NCBI GenBank assembly: GCA_040756235.1
Contig: JBFLZG010000084.1
Location: 42,316 to 106,315, forward strand
Source of the DNA: a bacterium
GTDB lineage: Bacteria; Desulfobacterota; DSWW01
Direction: 5' to 3'
DNA length: 64,000 nucleotides
In this document: positions 26,767-35,730 of the stretch, piece after piece
Numbering within the stretch: position 1 is the stretch's first letter
Layout of the letters: every line of letters begins with the position of its first letter
The notes under the pieces: generated by a model
Told to the model about the DNA's origin: nothing
Database searches by the model: none
What the model saw: only the letters and a program-made list of their open reading frames with translations
Position numbers and translations under genes: made by a program

Positions 26767-28431
26767 TCATTTGCCGCGCTTGCGCGTCCCCTGGATCGCC
26801 TTGTAAGTGAGATAGCCCCCCGAGAGATTGCGTGCCGGGAATCCGTTCTGGAGCAGCGCGCGGGTCGCGTAATAGGATCGCTGCCCGACCCCGCAGTACG
26901 ACCAGATCTGGCCGTGGGGTCTGAGCTCCTCCATGCGATCCCGAAGCTCGGGCAGAGGAATATTGATGGCCTTGTCCAAGTGGCCGGCCTCAAACTCCTT
27001 CGGGCTGCGCACGTCCACGACGACCGCATCCGAAGCGGGCAGGTCCTCCCAATGGGCCAGGACCGCGTCGCCCCGCATCACGTTGGCGGCGACCATCCCG
27101 GCTAGGTTGACGGGGTCCTTGGCGGCTCCGAACTGAGGGGCGTAGCACAGCTCTGCCTCTTCGAGATCGAAGACCGTGGCGCCCTTCTGGATCGCCATCG
27201 CGATCACGTCCACACGCTTATCCACGCCCTCGGTGCCCACCGCCTGCACGCCCAGGACGCGGCCGTCGCGCGGGTGGAACAGAAGCTTGATCGAGATCGG
27301 TCGAGCGCCGGGGTAGTAGCCCGCGTGGTGTCCGGGATGAAGGTAGATCTTCTCGTATTCGAGCCCGGCGCGGCGCAGGGCCTTTTCGCTTGCGCCCGAC
27401 AGGGCGAGCGTCATGCCGAGGACCCCGCACACCGCGGTCCCCTGCACTCCCCGGAACACGGAAGGCCGGCCGAAGATCGCGTCCGCGGCGATCCGGCCCT
27501 GACGGTTGGCAGGCCCTGCCAGGGGGATGAGGCACCATTGGCCGGTGACGAAGTCCCTGACCTCCACGGCGTCGCCTACGGCCCAGATGGCGGGATCGCT
27601 GGTCCGCAGCTGCTCGTTCACGCGGATGCCGCCCGCTGCGCCGATCTCGAGACCGGCCGCGCGCGCCAGGGCGGTCTCGGGCCGGATCCCCACGGCCAGC
27701 AGGACGAGATCGGCCTCGACCGAGACCCCGGAGCCGGCGTGTACCGATAGCGTTCCATCGGCACGGGCCTCGAAGGCCGTCACCGGGTGTTCGAGCAGGA
27801 GCCGGACGCCGCTGTTTCGCAGGTGCTCGTGCACCGGTTCGGCCATCTCGGGGTCCAGGGGCGGCATCACCTGGGGCAGCATCTCCACGATCGTGACCGA
27901 AAGGCCGCGCCGGACCAGGTTCTCGGCCATTTCCAGGCCGATGTAGCCGCCCCCCACGATGGCGGCGCGCCGGGCCTTCTTTTCTTCGATCCACCTCCTG
28001 ATCGCGCGGCTGTCCGGGATCGTCCGGGTGACGAAGATGCCGGGGAGATCGATCCCCGGAAGGGGAGGCCGGATCGGGTACGCGCCCGGGGAGAGGACGA
28101 GCGCGTCATAAGGTTCCCGGTACAAGGTGCCGGTCCTGCGGTCCCGCACCTGAATCGTGCGGTCCGCCCGGTCGATCGCCGTGACCTCGTGTCCGACCCT
28201 CACGTCGATGCGGAACCTCTCCCGGAACAGCTCCGGAGTGGCCACCAGCAGATTCTGCTCTTCCCGGATCACGTCGCCCACGTAGTAGGGGAGGCCGCAA
28301 TTCGCGAAAGAGACGTAGGGGCCCTTTTCGAACAGCACGATCTCGGCATCTTCGGACAGCCGGCGGGCGCGGGCCGCGCAGGAAGCCCCTCCGGCCACAC
28401 CGCCCACGAGCAGCAAACGTTTGGCACTCAT
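26767..28431 (-). CDS. CoA-disulfide/persulfide reductase with C-terminal rhodanese domain
   Basis: GGVAGGAS, SFANCGLPY, GGGYIG, LCYAPQF; rhodanese DVR...CGVGQRS...LSGGY. Confidence 0.93.
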   Translation of the reverse strand: MSAKRLLLVGGVAGGASCAARARRLSEDAEIVLFEKGPYVSFANCGLPYYVGDVIREEQNLLVATPELFRERFRIDVRVGHEVTAIDRADRTIQVRDRRTGTLYREPYDALVLSPGAYPIRPPLPGIDLPGIFVTRTIPDSRAIRRWIEEKKARRAAIVGGGYIGLEMAENLVRRGLSVTIVEMLPQVMPPLDPEMAEPVHEHLRNSGVRLLLEHPVTAFEARADGTLSVHAGSGVSVEADLVLLAVGIRPETALARAAGLEIGAAGGIRVNEQLRTSDPAIWAVGDAVEVRDFVTGQWCLIPLAGPANRQGRIAADAIFGRPSVFRGVQGTAVCGVLGMTLALSGASEKALRRAGLEYEKIYLHPGHHAGYYPGARPISIKLLFHPRDGRVLGVQAVGTEGVDKRVDVIAMAIQKGATVFDLEEAELCYAPQFGAAKDPVNLAGMVAANVMRGDAVLAHWEDLPASDAVVVDVRSPKEFEAGHLDKAINIPLPELRDRMEELRPHGQIWSYCGVGQRSYYATRALLQNGFPARNLSGGYLTYKAIQGTRKRGK

Positions 28432-28456
28432 GAATCCTCCGGTAGATGATGTCTCT

Positions 28457-28909
28457 TCAGCAGCAGGGTGCGAGCGGATCACCGGACGCAACGTCGGCCT
28501 CCGCATCCGGGCAGGCGCGCTCGGGCTCGACCGTGCTGCCGCAGCTGCACGAGACGTCCGTGCGCCCCAGGGCGGCGGTGAGCACGGCATTGGCACAGCC
28601 CACGCCGGTCCTCACGGAGATCGCACCGGCAGGGCAATTGCGGCTGCAGGCCCCGCACTCCATGCAGGCATCCCGGTCGGCCCGGGTCAGGACTGGGGAA
28701 ATGACAGGTACTTTTTCGGCAGGCGTGTCGAGGAAGCCCTGCACGAAGGCCGGCGCCGTCCCGGATCGTCGCAAAGGCGGCGAGTTCCGCCCGGGCGGAG
28801 CACGGCAAGGGTCCGGCGCTTGGGGCGAGGGCGCCGCACAGGAGCAGCACGGCTGCGTTCCGGCCGCCTTCTCCGGCTCGCCCGGACTTGACCTTCGCGG
28901 TTCGCTCAT
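28457..28909 (-). pseudogene. hgcB: In-frame hgcA'-'hgcB fusion (remnant of a mercury-methylation locus)
   Basis: Cys-rich extension and FVQGFLDTPAEKVPVISPVLTRADR (like the start of HgcA) joined to DACMECGACSRNCP...GVGC...CC (HgcB signature and tail). No NVWCAAGK cap helix and only one ferredoxin motif. Confidence 0.78.
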
Positions 28910-29091
28910 GCGGGCCTCGGTCCCATCTGGCAGGGGGATCACAGGGGTAAGGGAATCGTTTCCTTATTGTACGCTTTTCTTGGGCCTCGTCGACCCGAAG
29001 CCTGACGCTCACGGCCCCTTTTCCGCAGCGCGCGCCCGGGGCTATAGTTGAAGTTGTCCCGGAAAGCGCATCTGGCACGGAGGAGGCGAGG

Positions 29092-29820
29092 ATGAACCGG
29101 AAAGTGATTCTCTCCTGGAGCGGCGGCAAGGACAGCGCCCTTTGTCTGCACGCGATCCGGCAGGCAGGTCGGTACGAGGTCGCGGCCCTGCTCACCACGG
29201 TCACCGAGGGCTACCAGCGGGTCAGCATGCACGGCGTCCGGGAGGAGCTTCTCGAGGACCAGGCGGCGAGCCTGGGCGTTCCCCTGGACAAGGTGCCGAT
29301 CCCCATGAACGGCTCGAACGAGGAATACGAAGGCCGGATGAAGACGGTCCTCGAGAAGTGGCTGGCTGCCGGAGTCGCGCGCGTGGCTTTCGGCGACATT
29401 TTTCTCGAAGACCTGAGGAAGTACCGGGAGGACAACCTCGCGAAGCTCTCGATGCAGGCGCACTTCCCTTTGTGGAAAAAGGACACGGCGGAGCTGGCGC
29501 GGCAGTTCATCCGCCTCGGCTTCCGGGCGGTTGTGACGTGCGTGGACTGCCGGGCTCTGGACAGGAGTTTCGCCGGAAGGGAAATCGACGAAAGATTTCT
29601 GGCCGACTTGCCCGCCGGCGCGGATCCGTGCGGCGAGAACGGCGAGTTCCACTCCTTCGTATGGGACGGCCCGCTCTTTCGCAGGCCGGTCCGCCTGGAG
29701 CGCGGGCAGGCGGTCCTCAGGGACGAACGCTTTTGCTTCTGCGACCTCCTGCCCGCCGGAGAACCGGCGGTCGATTTCTCCATTACCGGCACGGCCGGAC
29801 GGGAGCGGGGCGGAGCCTGA
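29092..29820 (+). CDS. PP-loop ATPase, diphthine-ammonia ligase-like (MJ0570) family
   Basis: SWSGGKDS, MHGVR, FGDIFLED and DPCGENGEFHSFV. Confidence 0.9.
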   Translation: MNRKVILSWSGGKDSALCLHAIRQAGRYEVAALLTTVTEGYQRVSMHGVREELLEDQAASLGVPLDKVPIPMNGSNEEYEGRMKTVLEKWLAAGVARVAFGDIFLEDLRKYREDNLAKLSMQAHFPLWKKDTAELARQFIRLGFRAVVTCVDCRALDRSFAGREIDERFLADLPAGADPCGENGEFHSFVWDGPLFRRPVRLERGQAVLRDERFCFCDLLPAGEPAVDFSITGTAGRERGGA

Positions 29821-29861
29821 GCCCGACGACTGATCCCCTCAACTTCAAACTTTCATTCGAT

Positions 29862-30317
29862 TCAGAACCTGACGGCTTGTCGCTCAAAGCCCGCGGTCTC
29901 GGGCTTGAGCCGGATTCCTTTTTTGCGCAGGATGCGCCAGACCTGGTCTTTGGAGACGTCTCCCAGCATGCGGGCCATCAGTCGGCCGTTCCAGCGCGGG
30001 TGGCCTCTCGGAGGAGGCTGCACGAGCAGATAGAGGACACGGTCGTCCGTGCTGTCGTCATAGGAAGGGGGCTTGCCGGAGCGCGGGGCGTCCGACAGAC
30101 CCCTCAGGCCGGATCGGCCGAAACGAGAATGCCACTTGCTGACAGTGGCCGCTCGAATGCCGAGCAGCTTGGCCACCTCGGATGAGCGGTTCCCTGCCGC
30201 CAGGGCCAGGATGATCCTGGACCGAAGGGCTCTCCGATCATCCGGCCTCGGGCTCTTGGTCCAGGTTTCCAGGATCTTGCGTTCAGCGGCGTTCAATCGG
30301 ATCGGTGCGCTCCTCAT
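29862..30317 (-). mobile_element. IS630-type transposase N-terminal HTH only (no DDE domain)
   Basis: RSRIILALAAG...VAKLLG...TVSKWHSRF...GLSDAPRSGKP...RWNGRLMA...VWRILRK, then a stop; no catalytic domain follows. Confidence 0.65.
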
Positions 30318-30424
30318 GGCCAACCCCTGCGTGTTCCAGCTCTTCGTGTTCCGGCAGGTAAACCCTGCAATCCCTGCCAGCCTCGCGCCAGCACGGCCTG
30401 GACGGATCCCCGCTGCCGCCGCGC

Positions 30425-31825
30425 TCAGAATCTGAAGATCATCCGCATCGCGTACTGATCCTCGTCGTTGACACGATTCGAGCCTGCCTCATTGGTGCTG
30501 CTGCCTGTGGCGATGCCCCCGCCGTTGCCGTTCAGGTGGACATAGTTGATCTGCCAGCGCAGCACGGAGTTCCAGGTCCAGTTCACGGCGAAGGTGTACT
30601 CATAGACGTCGTCGGCGCCATTGAGGATCCGGTAGGTCCTGCCTTCGAAGTCCGCGGTGCGGAACAGGTCGTCATCGGTCTTGGTGTGGGTGTAACGGGC
30701 CAGGACTTCCCAGGCACCCAGGCCTTTCAGGTGGATGGGGTCGAAGTTGTTCTTCGGGTTGGGCTGGCGCCAGCCGTCGTTGCTCACTTGCTTGCTCTCG
30801 CCCGTGAGGAAGAAGCCCACCCAGGCGGTCCAGGAGCGGATCTTGCCGTAATCGTCGATGATCAGCGTCCCGTCCCTCTGGTCGAAGACCTCGATGTCCG
30901 GGTACTCGGTAACCAGATACTCCGTGCTCGCGCTGAAGGGCCCCCAGATGTAATGGAGCTCGGCGCCCCAGCGGTGACGGGCCTGGATCTGCCCGTACCC
31001 CGGATTGTTGGTGTCCCACGTCCAGTATCGGTCGTCGTAGATGGCGGCCCTGTAAGCACTGGTCTCGAAGCGGGTCGTGGCGACGGTCTCCCGTCCGTAG
31101 GTCCCTTCGATGCACAGGTGAAGGTTCCGGACAAAGGGAACATCCTTGGCCGTGATGAACGGGCTCACAAACAGTTTTCCGATGAAGTCTTTGTGATCGT
31201 CGATATCCCCCCTGGGGCTGTCCAGCTCGATCCCTGCGCCGGTCCAGACCGAGAGGTTGTAGGTAACGGATCTGCCGAAGAAGCTTCCCAGAAGCCAGAA
31301 GCCGCGGTCCAGGAACGGATAGACCGGCGTGCCGGCACCGCGCTCCATGAAGTTGACGTTGTTGTCCTGGGTCCACCAGTCCGTGCTGAAGGGCGGCTTC
31401 ACCTGGCCGGCCCTGAGCTGCAGCCACTCGCGGAAATTCATTTCAACGTAGGCGTTGCGGATGTAGGGGTTGTCGGCAAGCTCGGGTTGAAGACGAAAAG
31501 AGATGAACCCGAACAGATCGCCCTGGAGGTCGAGGCGCGCCTGGCGGATGTCGAAAGTCGAAGGACTCTTGCTGTTGCTGCCATAGAAGCGCGAGTCCAG
31601 GTGGGTGTTGCCCTTGATCTTGAGCACGAACTCCTCGTCGGCCGTCGAGATCACGAACCCGTTCTTGTAATAGGGAACGAGAGGGATGGCCTTGTACTTG
31701 TCGAGCAGATCCGCTGCCGTCGGCTTTGGCGCCTCTGCTGCCTGATTCTCCTCGGCCACGGCCTGCACTCCAAGGGGAGTGCAGAGAAGGACCGCCGCCA
31801 GACCTGCCAAGAACCGCTTGCGCAT
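30425..31825 (-). CDS. OprO/OprP-like anion-selective porin
   Basis: Signal peptide; FDIRQARL...GQVKPPF...FMER; WEVLARY; C-terminal Phe. Confidence 0.85.
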   Translation of the reverse strand: MRKRFLAGLAAVLLCTPLGVQAVAEENQAAEAPKPTAADLLDKYKAIPLVPYYKNGFVISTADEEFVLKIKGNTHLDSRFYGSNSKSPSTFDIRQARLDLQGDLFGFISFRLQPELADNPYIRNAYVEMNFREWLQLRAGQVKPPFSTDWWTQDNNVNFMERGAGTPVYPFLDRGFWLLGSFFGRSVTYNLSVWTGAGIELDSPRGDIDDHKDFIGKLFVSPFITAKDVPFVRNLHLCIEGTYGRETVATTRFETSAYRAAIYDDRYWTWDTNNPGYGQIQARHRWGAELHYIWGPFSASTEYLVTEYPDIEVFDQRDGTLIIDDYGKIRSWTAWVGFFLTGESKQVSNDGWRQPNPKNNFDPIHLKGLGAWEVLARYTHTKTDDDLFRTADFEGRTYRILNGADDVYEYTFAVNWTWNSVLRWQINYVHLNGNGGGIATGSSTNEAGSNRVNDEDQYAMRMIFRF

Positions 31826-31898
31826 CAGCCACCCCCCTCTGTCTCGAGTCGACGTGTGTCGCGGGAAACGGAGCCCCCCGCAGATCTGCTCCACGCTC

Positions 31899-31914
31899 AG
31901 CAAGGCTCATGCCA
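31899..31914 (-). promoter_or_regulatory. Sigma54 promoter of the porin
   Basis: Minus strand TGGCATGAGCCTTGCT. Confidence 0.72.
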
Positions 31915-32019
31915 GTATCGGAACGGCCGCAGGATCCCGGAGCAGTCCGTTAAGTTGCTGAAATGGCGATGGCCTCCGAGGATCCGGGCAGCCGCGCGGC
32001 CGCGGCGGCGTCGAAGGCC

Positions 32020-32045
32020 TGTCGATAATTTTTACAACTGTAAAG
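32020..32045. promoter_or_regulatory. Putative enhancer (bEBP) box
   Basis: TGTCGA-TAATT-TTTACA followed by a TGTAAA half-site, ~105 bp upstream of the porin sigma54 site. Confidence 0.65.
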
Positions 32046-32232
32046 CGGTGCGATGATTCTCGTGCTTCGGAACCTCCCCGAAGACGGCGGCCTGGACCGC
32101 GCGGGAGGGAAAAAACCCCAACCTGGCGCTGACTTCCCTCCCGGCTTCCGGCCGAGAATCCCCGTGCCCCATCCTTCAGGCATGCGCGCGCGGTCAGCTG
32201 CGGGCGTGGCTCGGACTTCTGCAAGATGCTGC

Positions 32233-32269
32233 GCGCCGGCCTCTTTACAGACTGGAAAGAAAATCGACA
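32233..32269. promoter_or_regulatory. Putative enhancer (bEBP) box
   Basis: TTTACA-gac-TGGAAA-GAAAA-TCGACA, ~110 bp upstream of the sigma54 site at 32377. Confidence 0.65.
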
Positions 32270-32376
32270 GGCTTCCCCGCGCTCGGGTCTTGCCAAGGCG
32301 CTCGCTCCGGCTGGATTGCTCCTGTTTATCAGCGAGTTGCAGCGCCGCGGGCGCAGGGCGGATCGTTTCTGCGGCA

Positions 32377-32393
32377 TTGGTACAACTCTTGCC
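32377..32393 (+). promoter_or_regulatory. Sigma54 promoter of the TauE cluster
   Basis: TTGGTACAACTCTTGCC (GG-N10-GC). Confidence 0.65.
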
Positions 32394-32551
32394 TTGGGGA
32401 ACGACAAATCAGGAGTTTAAGGAAAGGAGGTGAGTGAGCTGATGGCAGAGAAGGAGGGGGGAGCGAGGATGAGATCGCGGCGGAATCGAGGCCCAGGGCC
32501 GTCGGGGCGAGGGGCCCGTGTTCGAGCGGAACCATTTGACGGAAGGGGGTG

Positions 32552-33118
32552 ATGCCCTTGGCAGAGACGACATCCAAATTGCGGGCTGCGGTCAAGTTCG
32601 GTTTCTGGGCGCTGCTTTCGGCGGCGATGATCCTGTACGTGGCGCAGTACTACGCATCCGGGAAGATGGCTGCCTCTTACTACCACACGGCATCTCAGGA
32701 CGGCTACGCGATCAATACCAACACCTTCGGAGAGGCGACGAAGGAGCACCCCGTCACGCTCACGACCGGTACCTTCGAGAAGATCGAGGGGCCGGTGGCC
32801 GTTCCGGTGAAGCAGGGAGAGCGTCTGCCCGCGAACGCGAACGGGATCATCACCAGCGAGGTTCTCGAGAAAGGGAACCGGGCCGTTCTCGAAGCGGACG
32901 GCATCAAGGTGACGGTGCCCTGGGAGATCAAGGAGTCCAAGGGGTTCAAGTACAAGGACACCTTCAAGCACAAGGGAATCAAGACCGACCCGTGGTCCGG
33001 TGCCTGGAACGTGGCGGTCGTGATCGGGCTGGGGCTGGTCTTGGGGTTCATGGCCGAAGGCTTTACCGATCTGCTCGGCTGGAAGCTCCACAAGCTCCGT
33101 CACTTCGAAGGTCACTGA
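32552..33118 (+). CDS. Hypothetical membrane protein (2 TM with a periplasmic loop)
   Basis: Hydrophobic helices at both ends; host-like codon usage; start within 32549-32558. Confidence 0.8.
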   Translation: MPLAETTSKLRAAVKFGFWALLSAAMILYVAQYYASGKMAASYYHTASQDGYAINTNTFGEATKEHPVTLTTGTFEKIEGPVAVPVKQGERLPANANGIITSEVLEKGNRAVLEADGIKVTVPWEIKESKGFKYKDTFKHKGIKTDPWSGAWNVAVVIGLGLVLGFMAEGFTDLLGWKLHKLRHFEGH

Positions 33119-33120
33119 GA

Positions 33121-33219
33121 GGAAGCCTGTGGATACAGGCTCCGATGATGCAGGCTGGTCAAGACTGGCCAGATGCAAGGCAGGCGAAGTCCTGAGGAGT
33201 GAGGCTTTCAACAGTCTGC
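33121..33219 (+). repeat. MITE-like repeat, copy 3 (internally deleted)
   Basis: AGCCTGT-GGAT-ACAGGCT hairpin, then CAGATGCAAGGCAGGCGAAGTCCTGAGGAGTGAGGC...TTCAACAGTCTGC. Confidence 0.7.
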
Positions 33220-33232
33220 CCAGGAGGCGGCC

Positions 33233-34303
33233 ATGTTCGATTTCGTGATCGCGGGGATTCAGGCCCCTATTTTCCTGCTGGTCCTGACCGGATTCACGGT
33301 CGGGATCGTGGGCGGCTTCATCGGCGTGGGCGGAGGCTACATGGTGACTCCGGCCCTCATCGTTTTCGGCTTTCCCGGCTATATGGCCTCAGGGATCGAT
33401 GCGACCCACATCGCCGGCAAGGCCGTGATTTCCTCCATCCGCCACCGGCAGCTCGGCAACATCGACTGGACCCTGGCCCTGACCATGGTGGGCGGCACCA
33501 TGCTGGGGGTGGAGCTGGGTGTGAGGCTCCTCAACTATACCAAGAAGCTGGGGATCGCCGGGGTCGTTCTGCTGTCTTGCTCGGTCGTGGTCATGTTCGC
33601 TCTCTTCCTGTACACCCAGCTCGAGACCCGCAGGGCGCACAGGAAGATCGAACAAGTACAAGGCGCGGGACAGGCCGTCGGCCGCGAGCTCAAGACCAGC
33701 AGCCTCCATCACTTCTTTCAAAAGATCCCGCTCTTCCCCATCGTGCGGTGCCGGACGGCCAGAGTGATCGTCTCCATGTGGGTCGTCGTGATCGTGGGGG
33801 TGGTCACCGGCCTGCTGGCAGGTTTTCTCGGGGTCGGAGGCGGGTTCATCCGCGTGCCTTCCCTGGTCTACCTGGTCGGCGCCACCACGCACATCTCGGT
33901 CGGAACCGATCTGGTCGAGATCGTGGTGTCGGGCGGCTACGGAGCGCTGCGCCAGTCCATGTCCGGCAACGTGGACATGATGGCCGTGCTCTTCATGATC
34001 GTCGGCGCGATGATCGGCGCCCAGTTCGGCAGCATCGCCACGGCGTATGTCCGCGGGCCCGCGATCCGATACATCCTGAGCTACTCCCTCATCCTGGCCA
34101 CGACCGGCGCCTGCCTCCGGCTCCTCTATGTCCTGAGCGGCCAGAAGTACGCCGTCCTGTCCTTCCTGGCCGTGGTCTTCACCCTGGGGGAGATGATCTT
34201 CCTCTGCATGTTCATCGTGTCGCTCGTGCTCTTCTCCATACGCCACCGGCACGGGAAGCGGGTACCGGCTTGGGTGCCTTCTCTCGTGGTCGCTGCGGAA
34301 TGA
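33233..34303 (+). CDS. TauE/SafE (TSUP) family permease
   Basis: Two GxxGVGGG motifs (GFIGVGGGYMVTP, GFLGVGGGFIRVP), VGTDL, about 8-9 TM helices. Confidence 0.92.
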   Translation: MFDFVIAGIQAPIFLLVLTGFTVGIVGGFIGVGGGYMVTPALIVFGFPGYMASGIDATHIAGKAVISSIRHRQLGNIDWTLALTMVGGTMLGVELGVRLLNYTKKLGIAGVVLLSCSVVVMFALFLYTQLETRRAHRKIEQVQGAGQAVGRELKTSSLHHFFQKIPLFPIVRCRTARVIVSMWVVVIVGVVTGLLAGFLGVGGGFIRVPSLVYLVGATTHISVGTDLVEIVVSGGYGALRQSMSGNVDMMAVLFMIVGAMIGAQFGSIATAYVRGPAIRYILSYSLILATTGACLRLLYVLSGQKYAVLSFLAVVFTLGEMIFLCMFIVSLVLFSIRHRHGKRVPAWVPSLVVAAE

Positions 34304-34314
34304 GGAGTCCTGAA

Positions 34315-34425
34315 ATGAAGTGGTTCATCGATTCGATGCTGGGCTACTGGATCCTTCTCCTGGCGGTGTCCCTCGGCGTGTCCGCGGGAATCTACATGCT
34401 TTGGCTGAAGGACGCCATCTACTAA
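34315..34425 (+). CDS. 36-aa single-TM microprotein
   Basis: GAGGAG RBS; MKWFIDSMLGYWILLLAVSLGVSAGIYMLWLKDAIY fills the gap in the operon. Confidence 0.6.
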   Translation: MKWFIDSMLGYWILLLAVSLGVSAGIYMLWLKDAIY

Positions 34426-34438
34426 TCGGGGTGACTCC

Positions 34439-34645
34439 ATGACCACCAAGCTCTGGCAGATACTGGCCAACGTCGTGCTGTACGGGTTTCTCTTCTGGCT
34501 GCTCTACGGGTCTACCATCAAGGAGTGGGACCCCTGGTTTGCCTTCGTCGTGGCCTTCGTGGTCCTGGTCGCCGTGGTCATCATGCTCATGCCCGGCCTC
34601 CACGCCAGCAAGGTGTCGCCGGGCGAATACCCGTATGAAGACTGA
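34439..34645 (+). CDS. 68-aa two-TM membrane protein
   Basis: GGGGTGA RBS; two hydrophobic helices. Confidence 0.7.
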   Translation: MTTKLWQILANVVLYGFLFWLLYGSTIKEWDPWFAFVVAFVVLVAVVIMLMPGLHASKVSPGEYPYED

Positions 34646-35291
34646 CGATCCGGACCTGGACGCGCGGAGGGAAGAGATCCGCCAGCTCATCCTCAAGCAC
34701 GCCCGGGGGGACGTTCGCGACAAGGAGTTCCAGCCGGCTCTCGCGGAACGCACGGTAGCCCTCTACCGTGCGTTCGTGCAGCGGCTCCTTGCAGAGCCTG
34801 AGCCGATCCTGGCAGAGCACCACGTGGTCTTCTCTCACACGCGGCTCACCCAGTCGATGCTCCGGGAGCCCGAGCAGGAAGCCGTGAGCCTCTTCGCCAC
34901 GGACCGCAGGCTGCTGCGGCTCCGCTCCGTGCTCGTGGGCGACAGGCCGCCTACCTGCGACGAAGCCGACCAGACGCAGGTTGACGAGATAGCCTATGGG
35001 GACATCGGCTCACTGAAGGTGACAAGGCGGATCCGCCCCGGCGAGACCGGCGCGGGCCTTGTGCTGGCATCCGTGGCGGCCCTTTTTCACTCCTGGCTCT
35101 CCCTGACCGGGCCGCTGCTCGTGCTGATCGGCACGCTGGGAATCCTGCACGGCCTGCTCCTGCCGACCCGGTGGGTGGAGATCCGGGCGAGAGGGGAAAG
35201 CTCGGCCGAGCCGATCCGGGTCCACAGGCCGAGAAAGAAGAGCGCCCGCAGGCTCCTCAATCTGCTGCGCGAACAGACGGGTGCGGCCTGA
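34635..35291 (+). CDS. Hypothetical membrane protein
   Basis: Overlaps the previous gene; soluble N-terminal part and two TM helices near the C-terminus. Confidence 0.7.
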   Translation: MKTDDPDLDARREEIRQLILKHARGDVRDKEFQPALAERTVALYRAFVQRLLAEPEPILAEHHVVFSHTRLTQSMLREPEQEAVSLFATDRRLLRLRSVLVGDRPPTCDEADQTQVDEIAYGDIGSLKVTRRIRPGETGAGLVLASVAALFHSWLSLTGPLLVLIGTLGILHGLLLPTRWVEIRARGESSAEPIRVHRPRKKSARRLLNLLREQTGAA

Positions 35292-35730
35292 GCAGGCTCG
35301 CAGCTGGGGATCTTCCCGGCTCGAGGCGCTTTTGAGAGAAACACCCGGGATCGCCTTCCGCCGGGCGCGTGTCCCGGCTGGATTTGCCGGGGCTCAGAAC
35401 GCTCCGGCCTCTTCTCCTCCCATGTTTCGGAGACAACCGCCCTTCGGGCCGGTCCCCATTTCGTCCCTTGTCCCGGGCCGGGGTTATCGGGGCGCACGAG
35501 CCTCGACGGCGCGGTATCAAAGCAACAAATCTCCGTTCCACCGGCCTTCGGGACTCGGGACGGGCCTCCGCGACTCGCCCCGCAAATCGCCGGAACACCC
35601 ATCCCGGCGGAATCCTCCCGTTCGGCACGGCACCTTCAAGGGCACACGGATTTACTGGCCGCGAGGGGCAAATTGCTGCAATGAACGACCGGCTGACACC
35701 GAATAGCCAACAGCTGACACCTGGGTTACA

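Noticed and set aside
28457..28909. Functional hgcAB, i.e. a mercury methylator call
   Set aside because: No cap-helix motif or HgcA TM region is present at this locus.
33199..34314. 408-aa ORF overlapping TauE
   Set aside because: Off-frame shadow; only its last 36 codons, which have their own RBS, look real.
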